The notes below the pieces were generated by a model. That model saw only the letters and a program-made list of their open reading frames with translations, made no database searches and had not been told where the DNA came from. From Alistipes sp. (GTDB taxonomy: Bacteria > Bacteroidota > Bacteroidia > Bacteroidales > Rikenellaceae), in the NCBI GenBank assembly GCA_045540675.1, contig JAZQHQ010000001.1, positions 1,401 through 65,400 on the forward strand: DNA of 64,000 nt. Direction: 5' to 3'. Shown here piece after piece: positions 17,721 through 25,955 of this stretch; position 1 is the stretch's first letter, and the number at the start of each line of letters is the position of its first letter. Both the position numbers and the translations under genes were made by a program.

Positions 17721-18080
17721 AACTAAAAGAGAATAGTCGCCTATTCTCTTTTTTTGTTGCGCTCGGAGGCTCGGTCAGTCGGTGGCGTCTCGGCAAACTT
17801 GTCTGCGAGTTATGCGATAGTAGTTGTTGCTACGCAACTACGATAACAGATTAAAAATCAATAGTTCAAATAAATTTGACTACTGCTTTTCAATCTATTC
17901 TCGAAACTTTCAGTTTAACTCCTATCGCATATCTCTCCGGTCTGCTCTCAACTGCTGCGACCGTTCGAGTCCAATTTACAATGAAATGGTTAGACAGGTT
18001 GTTTGTTCAACTAAAAGGGGTTAATCGAATGATTGTCTCTCTTTTTTTGTTGCGTTCGGAGGCTCGGTCAGTCGGTGGCG
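17691..18080 (+). repeat. Two imperfect ~95-bp direct repeats (attR-like), 288 bp apart
   Basis: gaaa(c/t)ggttaga...gtttgttcaactaaaa...tttttttgttgcg(c/t)tcggaggctcggtcagtcggtggc at about 17691-17785 and 17983-18078. Confidence 0.85.
17728..17755 (+). terminator. Terminator right of attR (probable pre-insertion tRNA terminator)
   Basis: agagaatag-tcgc-ctattctct plus T-run. Confidence 0.8.
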
Positions 18081-18207
18081 GTGTGGCAGAGTTGTCTTTG
18101 CTATTGGCTAACTAAAAACGCTTGCGCCGAAAATAATTCTTAATTTTTAATTCTTAATTCTTAATTATATTTGTATTTTTGCAAAAAATATAAATAAAGG
18201 TATAGCA

Positions 18208-18792
18208 ATGTTTTTGGAGAATTGTACACAGAAGGGTTGGATTGAGGTTGTTTGCGGCTCGATGTTTTCGGGCAAGACCGAGGAGTTGATTCGCCGCTTG
18301 CGCCGTGCGGAGTTCGCACATCAGCGCGTTGAGATTTTTAAGCCACAGATTGATGTGCGCTATTCGGAGGACGAGGTGGTTTCGCACAACCACTCTTCGA
18401 TTCGCTCTACGCCCGTAGAGTCACCACAGCAGATTTTGTTGATGTCCTCGGAGGTCGATGTTGTGGGTGTCGATGAGGCGCAGTTCTTCGATGATAGCAT
18501 TATCGATGTCTGTCGCGAGTTGGCAAATCGTGGCGTGCGTGTTATCGTTGCCGGTCTTGATATGGACTTCCTCGGCAAGCCGTTCGGTCCGATGCCTGCA
18601 TTGATGGCTATTGCGGAGTATGTCGATAAGGTACACGCCATCTGCGTACACTGCGGAAACCCTGCGCAACACTCGCACCGCTTGGCAAAGAGCGAGAAGT
18701 TGGTGATGCTCGGCGAGAAGGATACCTACGAGCCCGTATGCCGTCACTGCTTCCTTCGTCTGCGCAAGGAGCAGGAGGAGCAAGCACAATAA
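18208..18792 (+). CDS. tdk: Thymidine kinase
   Basis: [13 protein letters not shown], Zn-binding CxxC motifs. Confidence 0.97.
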   Translation: MFLENCTQKGWIEVVCGSMFSGKTEELIRRLRRAEFAHQRVEIFKPQIDVRYSEDEVVSHNHSSIRSTPVESPQQILLMSSEVDVVGVDEAQFFDDSIIDVCRELANRGVRVIVAGLDMDFLGKPFGPMPALMAIAEYVDKVHAICVHCGNPAQHSHRLAKSEKLVMLGEKDTYEPVCRHCFLRLRKEQEEQAQ

Positions 18793-18844
18793 ACATGAAA
18801 ACATTGCGTTAAGTTATTACGACAAAAATTAACCGAAAAGAGAT

Positions 18845-19846
18845 ATGAGTGATAACATTATCAACATCAAAGAGTTGAACGAGCGCATCGAGCGTGAGAG
18901 CCTCTTTGTGGATACTCTGCGTACAGAGATGGGTAAGGTGATTGTCGGTCAGCAACACCTTGTCGATACACTTTTGATTGGTCTTTTGTCCAACGGACAC
19001 ATCTTGTTGGAGGGTGTTCCGGGTTTGGCAAAGACTTTGGCTATCACAACCTTGGCAAAGGCTGTCGATGCCGACTTCTCGCGTATTCAGTTTACGCCTG
19101 ATTTGCTCCCTGCCGATATTGTGGGTACTCTGATTTACTCGCAGAAGGCGGAGGATTTTACCGTTAAGAAGGGACCTGTATTTGCGAACTTCGTATTGGC
19201 AGATGAGATTAACCGTTCCCCTGCAAAGGTGCAGTCGGCTCTCTTGGAGGCTATGCAGGAGCGACAGGTTACCATTGGCGACAACACCTACAAGTTGCCT
19301 GAACCATTCCTCGTTCTCGCTACCCAAAACCCATTGGAGCAGGAGGGTACATACCCACTCCCAGAGGCGCAAGTAGACCGTTTTATGTTGAAGGCGAAAA
19401 TCTCCTATCCGAAGCGTGAGGAGGAGCGCGATATTGTTCGTATGAACCTCTCGGGTGCGGGTATGCCACAGCCGAATAGGGTTATTACGCCAGAGGATAT
19501 TGTGAAGGCTCGCAAGGTGGTTGAGGATGTATATATGGACGAGAAGATTGAGAAGTATATCGTAGATATCATCTTCGCAACTCGTGAGCCGGCAGCCTAC
19601 AACCTCGAAAAGTTACAGTCGTTGATTGCCTACGGAGGCTCACCGCGTGCAAGTATCTCGTTGGCAAAGGCAGCGCGCGCTTACGCCTTTATCCGCCGCC
19701 GTGGATATGTTATTCCTGAGGATGTTCGTGCGGTGTGCCACGATGTTTTGCGTCACCGTATTGGCTTGACCTACGAGGCAGAGGCGGAAAATATCACTTC
19801 GGAGGATATTATCACCGAGATTTTGAATAATGTAATCGTGCCTTAA
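18845..19846 (+). CDS. moxR: MoxR-family AAA+ ATPase
   Basis: LEGVPGLAKT, RIQFTPDLLPAD, DEINR, ATQNP. Confidence 0.93.
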   Translation: MSDNIINIKELNERIERESLFVDTLRTEMGKVIVGQQHLVDTLLIGLLSNGHILLEGVPGLAKTLAITTLAKAVDADFSRIQFTPDLLPADIVGTLIYSQKAEDFTVKKGPVFANFVLADEINRSPAKVQSALLEAMQERQVTIGDNTYKLPEPFLVLATQNPLEQEGTYPLPEAQVDRFMLKAKISYPKREEERDIVRMNLSGAGMPQPNRVITPEDIVKARKVVEDVYMDEKIEKYIVDIIFATREPAAYNLEKLQSLIAYGGSPRASISLAKAARAYAFIRRRGYVIPEDVRAVCHDVLRHRIGLTYEAEAENITSEDIITEILNNVIVP

Positions 19847-19863
19847 AACGCACCTGTCGTAGC

Positions 19864-20748
19864 GTGGAGCAGACCGAGAACGATATCTTGAAGCGTGTCC
19901 GAAAAATTGAGATTAAGACACGAGGTTTGTCGAATGAGATTTTCGCAGGAAAGTACCATACGGCATTCAAAGGGCGTGGTATGTCCTTTGCCGAGGTGCG
20001 CGAATATCGCATTGGCGATGATGTACGCGATATCGATTGGAATGTTACGGCTCGCTCACGCAAACCGCACATTAAAGTCTATGAGGAGGAGCGCGAGCTG
20101 ACAATGATGTTGATGGTCGATGTCAGCGGCTCGCGAATGTTCGGCACAACGGACTATCTCAAAAAGAATATCATCACCGAGTTGGCGGCTGTCTTGGCGT
20201 TTTCTGCTTCGCAGACGGGCGATAAGGTGGGTTGCATCTTCTTCTCGGACAGGGTTGAGAAGTTTATCCCACCGAAGAAGGGACGCAGCCATATTCTGAT
20301 GATTATCCGCGAGTTGGTGGGCTTTGTGCCAGAGTCGAACGGCACGGCTATCTCGGAGGCGGTGCGCTACCTTACGGGGGTAAATAAAAAGCGTTGCACG
20401 GCATTTTTACTCTCTGACTTTTTGAACTCGAAGCGAGATGACGAGGCGTTGAACGATGCCTTGAAAATCGCCTCTGCACGACACGATATTATCGCCTTGA
20501 AGGTGTCGGACCCTCGCGAGAGGGAGATGCCCGATGTGGGTATTGTGGAGTTGCAAGATGCCGAAACGGCTCGCAAGGTGTGGGTAGATACTGCATCGCA
20601 GGCGGTGCGCGACCACTACGCCAAAGCGTGGACAGAGCGAGAGGATAAGACACGCGAACTACTTCTGCACAATCGTATAGATATAGCCGATATCTCAACC
20701 GATTCGGACTATGTTGCTGAACTGATAAAATTGTTCAAACAGCGATGA
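19864..20748 (+). CDS. DUF58 / VWA-like MoxR partner
   Basis: GRGMSFAEVREY..GDDVRDIDWNVTAR; GTG start. Confidence 0.9.
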   Translation: MEQTENDILKRVRKIEIKTRGLSNEIFAGKYHTAFKGRGMSFAEVREYRIGDDVRDIDWNVTARSRKPHIKVYEEERELTMMLMVDVSGSRMFGTTDYLKKNIITELAAVLAFSASQTGDKVGCIFFSDRVEKFIPPKKGRSHILMIIRELVGFVPESNGTAISEAVRYLTGVNKKRCTAFLLSDFLNSKRDDEALNDALKIASARHDIIALKVSDPREREMPDVGIVELQDAETARKVWVDTASQAVRDHYAKAWTEREDKTRELLLHNRIDIADISTDSDYVAELIKLFKQR

Positions 20749-21770
20749 AACTTTTGCGCTATATAATAATATATGTATCGGCACTTTTGGTGGGCAGTAT
20801 GGCGGTGGCACAATCGACACCGACTATCACCTCGCATATCTCTGCCGATACGGTTATGATTGGCGATAGGGTAACCCTCACTATCGAGGTCGATGCCGAT
20901 GTGATGCAACACATCGTATTCCCGACCTTCGATTTTACCCAAAATGCACCCGAAGGGGCAGAGCAACAAGAACCGAGCATTGAGGTTATTCGCGACTTTG
21001 CTCCCGACACAATCCGACAGGAGGGGCGCAGAGTTCGCCTTTGCAAACGCTACGAGATGGCTGTCTATGATGAGGGTATCTACAAGTTAGGCAGGGCGCA
21101 GGCGTTATATGTTGATAAAAATATAGTCGATACGCTCTTTGCCGAGCGAGAGGAGGAGTTATTTGTCAAGACCTTCCAGATTGACTCCACAATGACCACC
21201 GTGCGCGATTTGAAACCGCAGAAGACTCTGAAATTGCGCTTTGCAGAGTTTGGAGGTTATCTCGGTATTGCATTGGCGGTGGCTCTGTTGTTGGCAGGTG
21301 TTATTTACCTGCTGGTGCGCTATCTGCATAAGCGAGGCAAGCACCTCTCGGATCTGTTCAAACCGGCACCTCCCGTACCTGCGCATATTGTGGCTATCGA
21401 AGCACTCGAAAAGTTGCGCAACGAAAAGTTATGGCAGAACAATAAACATAAGCAGTACTATTCGGGGTTGAGCGATATTTTGCGTACCTATCTCGCAGGT
21501 CGCTTCGAGGTGGGAGCGATGGAGATGACCACCGATGAGATTGCCGAGGCGTTGCAAGAGGTCGATATCGAGCATAAGTCGAAGATGGACTTGCTCTCGG
21601 TGTTGCGCGATGCTGACCTTGTGAAGTTTGCAAAGGCAACTCCCGAGGCGAACGATAACGAACTCGCCTACGACAAAGCCTTCTACTTTGTGGAGAACAC
21701 CAAGCCTGTGGAGGTTATCGCAGAGGAGGAAGACGAGCCAACCAAAAACGAGAAGGAGGAGCAAAAATGA
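20745..21770 (+). CDS. Conserved Bat-locus membrane protein
   Basis: Signal peptide, Ig-like region, TM, ALEMTTDE...ADLVKFAK motif; operon context. Confidence 0.75.
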   Translation: MKLLRYIIIYVSALLVGSMAVAQSTPTITSHISADTVMIGDRVTLTIEVDADVMQHIVFPTFDFTQNAPEGAEQQEPSIEVIRDFAPDTIRQEGRRVRLCKRYEMAVYDEGIYKLGRAQALYVDKNIVDTLFAEREEELFVKTFQIDSTMTTVRDLKPQKTLKLRFAEFGGYLGIALAVALLLAGVIYLLVRYLHKRGKHLSDLFKPAPPVPAHIVAIEALEKLRNEKLWQNNKHKQYYSGLSDILRTYLAGRFEVGAMEMTTDEIAEALQEVDIEHKSKMDLLSVLRDADLVKFAKATPEANDNELAYDKAFYFVENTKPVEVIAEEEDEPTKNEKEEQK

Positions 21771-22513
21771 ATGGTGTAGCAAAATATATCGTTGTTGCAC
21801 TTTTGACTCTTTTCGTTTGTGGCGAGGTGTCGGCACAGCAGATGAAGGAGCGCGGTTTGGTGCGCAAGGGTAACCGCCAATTCAAGCGCGAGCAGTTTGA
21901 GAAGAGTGTCGATAGTTATCAGAGAGCATTGCAGCACGACTCGACCTCTTTTGAAGCGAAGTATGACCTTGCCTCGGCGCTCTATCGCACCGAGCGATAC
22001 GAAAAGGCAGAAAAGACCTTGTTGGGTATAGTGAACGACACAACTCGCACCGAGTTGGAGCGTGGCGAGGTGGCGTACAACTTGGGAAATACGCAGTTTG
22101 CACAGCAGAAATATAAGGAGGCATTGTCCTCGTATCGTCAGGCGATGCGTTGTAACCCTAACGATGAAGATGCGAAGTTCAACTACGCCTTCACCAAGCG
22201 ATTGATTCAGCAGCAGGAGCAACAGCAGCAGAATCAAGACCAAAATCAGGACAATAAGGAGCAAAATCAAGATAAGCAAGACCAGCAAAATAATCAAAAT
22301 CAGCAGGGAGAGGATAAGCAAAACCAACAGCAACAACCTCAAAGCCAAGATGGCAAAGAGGAGCAACAGCAGGGTGAGCAACGCTCGGAGGGTGCTATGA
22401 CTCCGGAGCAGCAGGAGGCGCTATTGCAGGCTATTCAGGCGGAGGAGGATAAGACGCAGGATAAACTGAAAGAGAAGGCGGGGGTGCTTATTCGTGGTAG
22501 TAAAAATTGGTAG
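21767..22513 (+). CDS. batC: BatC-like TPR protein
   Basis: TPRs (YNLGNTQF...DEDAKFNY), Gln-rich linker, KNW terminus. Confidence 0.8.
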   Translation: MNGVAKYIVVALLTLFVCGEVSAQQMKERGLVRKGNRQFKREQFEKSVDSYQRALQHDSTSFEAKYDLASALYRTERYEKAEKTLLGIVNDTTRTELERGEVAYNLGNTQFAQQKYKEALSSYRQAMRCNPNDEDAKFNYAFTKRLIQQQEQQQQNQDQNQDNKEQNQDKQDQQNNQNQQGEDKQNQQQQPQSQDGKEEQQQGEQRSEGAMTPEQQEALLQAIQAEEDKTQDKLKEKAGVLIRGSKNW

Positions 22514-22527
22514 AACAGAGGTAGAGT

Positions 22528-23517
22528 ATGGAGTTTGCAAATCCTAAAATATTGTGGCTTTTGGTGGTAGTGCCGTTGTGGGTTGCCTACTATGTGTGGC
22601 GCTCATTGCAAGGCGGAGCATCGATTGTCATATCCTCTGCCGATTCGTTGCGACAGGCTCCTCGTACCATTCGCTACTACCTGCGCCATTTGCCTGCCAT
22701 ATTGCGCACGGCTGCACTTACGCTGATTATTATCGCTTCGGCACGACCTCAATCCGTAGAGCACGAAACCAAGACCGAAACCGATGGTATCGACATCGTC
22801 TTGGCGGTCGATATTTCGGGTTCTATGTTGGCTCGCGATTTCCAACCCGACCGCCTAACTGCGGCAAAGGAGGTGGCATCGCAGTTTGTTGCCAATCGTC
22901 AGGGCGACCGCATCGGTTTAGTGGTTTTTGCGGGCGAGGCATTTACCCAAACCCCTCTCACGACCGACCAATCATCGTTGCAGACACTGCTCGGTCGCTT
23001 GCGTAGTGGAGTGGTGGAAGATGGTACAGCGATAGGTAACGGCTTGGCTACGGCTGTCAATCGCTTGCGCGAGAGCGACTCGAAGTCGAAGGTTATCATT
23101 CTCTTGACCGATGGTGTGAATAACCGAGGACAGATTGCTCCGCTTACAGTTGCCGATATTGCCAAGGAGCAGAATATAAAGGTCTATACCATCGGTGTAG
23201 GTCGCAACGGCACAGCCCCTTATCCCGTATTTGACGAGCGAGGTCGCGAGGTCTATACTGTGGATATGAAGGTCGAAATAGACGAGAAGATGCTTCGCGA
23301 GATAGCCGAAAAGACGGGCGGAGAGTACTTCCGTGCTACGGATAAACTCTCGTTGGAGCGTATCTACGAGCAGATTGACAAGATGGAGAAGTCGAAGGTC
23401 GAGAAGTTCGATATTACCCATGTTCACGAGGAGTATCTGCTCTATGTTTTGGTGGCTATTGCTCTGCTCGTCTTGGAGTTTTTGGTTAAGTATATAGTAT
23501 TAAAACGCATACCGTAA
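22528..23517 (+). CDS. batA: BatA VWA-domain protein
   Basis: MEFANP N-terminus, DISGSM MIDAS, LLTDG. Confidence 0.88.
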   Translation: MEFANPKILWLLVVVPLWVAYYVWRSLQGGASIVISSADSLRQAPRTIRYYLRHLPAILRTAALTLIIIASARPQSVEHETKTETDGIDIVLAVDISGSMLARDFQPDRLTAAKEVASQFVANRQGDRIGLVVFAGEAFTQTPLTTDQSSLQTLLGRLRSGVVEDGTAIGNGLATAVNRLRESDSKSKVIILLTDGVNNRGQIAPLTVADIAKEQNIKVYTIGVGRNGTAPYPVFDERGREVYTVDMKVEIDEKMLREIAEKTGGEYFRATDKLSLERIYEQIDKMEKSKVEKFDITHVHEEYLLYVLVAIALLVLEFLVKYIVLKRIP

Positions 23518-24533
23518 TGTTCAGATTTGCCAACCCGCATCTATTGTGGCTCCTTGCCTTGGTGCCTGTGATGATTGTCGCTTTTGCGGTGGTCTTGCAA
23601 CTGCGTAGGCGCAATCTGAGCCGTTTCGGTAATATCGCAACCGTCAAATCGCTTCTGCGCGATGTCTCTTCGTGGCGTGTGCATACCAAATTTATACTCT
23701 TCGCTACCGCCTTTACAGCCCTTGTCTTTGCTGCGGCACGACCTCAATTCGGCGCAAAATTGCGTGAGGAGAAGGCAGAGGGTGTGGAGATGATGTTTGT
23801 GATAGATGTGTCTAACTCGATGTTGGCGGAGGACTTTACTCCTAACCGCTTGGATAGGACTCGCTACGCTATCGATAAACTATTCTCGCAGATGAAGCAG
23901 GACCGAGTAGGCGTTGTTGTATTTGCAGGCGAGGCAAAGGTGCAGCTGCCTATCACGACCGACTATCGAATGGCTCGCAGTTTTGCAAAACGACTATCGC
24001 CGGAGTTGGTCAGCGTGCAGGGTACTGATGTGTCTGACGCAATAGACCTCGCTTCACTCTCCTACTCGCAGCGTGAGGGGGCAAGCCGAGTGATGATTCT
24101 TATCACCGATGGTGAGGCACACGACTCTGACGCCTTGGCTGCTGCCGAGCGTGCTGCCGAGCGCGGAATACGCATATTTACGATAGGTATCGGCTCTCCG
24201 GAGGGTGCGCCAATTCAGATTGGTGGCGAGTTTATCAAAGATGAAAAGGGCGAAATGGTTGTTTCGCGCCTTAACGAGGAACTTCTGCAACAGATAGCCG
24301 AGAAGGGTAATGGTGGATATATTCGCGCCTCGAATGCCGAATTTGGCTTGTCGGAGATTGTCAGTGAGATTGAGAAGATGGAGAAGTCGGAACTCTCAAC
24401 GCTCCGCTTTGATGAATATAACGAGCAGTTCTATTGGATATTGTGGATTGTTCTCGGTCTGCTACTGCTCGAAGGTCTGTTGCTCGATAGGCGCAATCCT
24501 CGATTGCGGAGGTTTAATATCTTTGAGAAATAA
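23517..24533 (+). CDS. batB: BatB VWA-domain protein
   Basis: MFRFANP, DVSNSM, ITDGE. Confidence 0.85.
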   Translation: MFRFANPHLLWLLALVPVMIVAFAVVLQLRRRNLSRFGNIATVKSLLRDVSSWRVHTKFILFATAFTALVFAAARPQFGAKLREEKAEGVEMMFVIDVSNSMLAEDFTPNRLDRTRYAIDKLFSQMKQDRVGVVVFAGEAKVQLPITTDYRMARSFAKRLSPELVSVQGTDVSDAIDLASLSYSQREGASRVMILITDGEAHDSDALAAAERAAERGIRIFTIGIGSPEGAPIQIGGEFIKDEKGEMVVSRLNEELLQQIAEKGNGGYIRASNAEFGLSEIVSEIEKMEKSELSTLRFDEYNEQFYWILWIVLGLLLLEGLLLDRRNPRLRRFNIFEK

Positions 24534-24565
24534 AACGATGTTAGTCCCCAACTAACATCGTTTTA
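24531..24565. terminator. Bidirectional terminator
   Basis: taaaacgatgttag...ctaacatcgtttta inverted repeat between convergent genes. Confidence 0.8.
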
Positions 24566-24571
24566 TTTTAA

Positions 24572-25855
24572 CTACTCTTTCGAGGTCATTATTTCGAGAA
24601 TAAGTCTATCCGTTTCGCTCATTCCGCTACGACCAATTTTGGTGAGGTTGTGTATGCAGTTATCGACATTATCCTCGATAATACCCTCCAACGAGGTTGT
24701 TACGCGATTATTCATCGCGAGTGTTGCCGAGAGAACAGCTGTTGCCACGCCACTTGTGACCTTCAATGAGCATGAAGGCTTCGCGCCATCGCAAATCATT
24801 CCCGTAAGGTTGGCAACCATATTCTTTACTGCACCCGAAACCTCCTCGAAGCCTCCGCCCATCAACCGAGTAATGCCGCATGCCGAGCCTGTTGCTGCAA
24901 CCACGCAACCACACAAAGCCGACAAGCGACCAAGGCTCTGCTTGATGTAGATGACAGTGAGGTGGCTCAATACCAAGGCTCGCAACATCTTCTCGCGCTC
25001 GACATCGTTGGCGAGTGCGAATATTGCCACCGGAACAGTTGCCGAGATGCCCTGATTTCCACTTCCCGAATTGCTCATTACGGGTACCATTGCACCACTC
25101 ATTCGTGCATCGCACGCACCGCTGGTGTGTGCCAAGATGTTGGTAAAAAGTGTATCGCCAAAGATATTTTTTGCCACTCCGCTATGGAGCATTGCTCCCA
25201 AGCCGTGACCATAGTCACCCGTAAATGATAACTCCGCAGCCGCTACATTGCGCTGTGCTGCCTCGCCGATAAACTCAATCTTTTCGAGAGGTACCTCCTC
25301 GGCAAAATCATAGACTTTGCGCAACGACAACTCCACCTCTTCATCGGTTGCAATTTCGCCCTTTGTTGCCTCATTTGAAGCGACCTCTTCGCCATTTCGG
25401 CGTATCGATGAGAAGTTGGTGTGAGAGCCCGAAATAATCGCTTCGGCAGAGTCTTTGCCCGCCTCCACGCAGACCTTTATATAGAGAATATCATCGCTCT
25501 CGTCAGTGACAAAAATCGAAGGTTTTGCCTCCTCCAAAAACACCTTCGCTCGCTCTACGGCTGCGCTATCAACATCGCGCAGCACCTCCAAGCCGTACTC
25601 CGAGCGCCCTGCCACAACGCCGAGTGCTACGGCAATCGGCAAACCGGTCATTCCGCTGTTCGGAATACCCACGCCCATAGCATTTTTGAAGATATTGGCA
25701 CTCAATGCCACAGAGATACGCTCCGGCTTCGAGCCGAGTGTTTCGCACGCCTTTGCAACGCATAGCGATACAGCCATAGGCTCGGTGCAACCTATCGAAA
25801 GGACCACCTCTCGCTTGATAAGGTCGATGATTTTGTCGTGTTCTTGTGCTGTCAT
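24572..25855 (-). CDS. cyuA: L-cysteine desulfidase / serine dehydratase-alpha family (UPF0597, YhaM-like)
   Basis: GCTEP, MSNSGSGNQG, CDGAKPSC motifs. Confidence 0.8.
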   Translation of the reverse strand: MTAQEHDKIIDLIKREVVLSIGCTEPMAVSLCVAKACETLGSKPERISVALSANIFKNAMGVGIPNSGMTGLPIAVALGVVAGRSEYGLEVLRDVDSAAVERAKVFLEEAKPSIFVTDESDDILYIKVCVEAGKDSAEAIISGSHTNFSSIRRNGEEVASNEATKGEIATDEEVELSLRKVYDFAEEVPLEKIEFIGEAAQRNVAAAELSFTGDYGHGLGAMLHSGVAKNIFGDTLFTNILAHTSGACDARMSGAMVPVMSNSGSGNQGISATVPVAIFALANDVEREKMLRALVLSHLTVIYIKQSLGRLSALCGCVVAATGSACGITRLMGGGFEEVSGAVKNMVANLTGMICDGAKPSCSLKVTSGVATAVLSATLAMNNRVTTSLEGIIEDNVDNCIHNLTKIGRSGMSETDRLILEIMTSKE

Positions 25856-25955
25856 ACCGCAAATATAGTCAAAAATTAAAAATTAAAAATTAAAAATTGA
25901 AAGTTTTTATTATCTTTGTAGACTAGAACGGATTGAACAATTTGATTGATACGAT

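Larger units (their letters stand above)
7870..17727. mobile_element. Integrative (plasmid-like/mobilizable) element inserted at tRNA-fMet, LSR-dependent
   Basis: Bounded by CAACTAAA at 7870-7877 and 17720-17727; AT-rich; carries LSR, resolvase, Rep_trans-like and XRE genes; host heptamer arrays not seen inside. Confidence 0.9.

Noticed and set aside
7870-17727. Complete DGR (reverse transcriptase, Avd, template repeat) on the island
   Set aside because: No RT motifs (e.g. YxDD in an RT context) and no second copy of the VR found by eye in the window
18108-18118. Third att core (aactaaaa)
   Set aside because: Only 7 nt match in AT-rich DNA, without the conserved tail arm or hairpin
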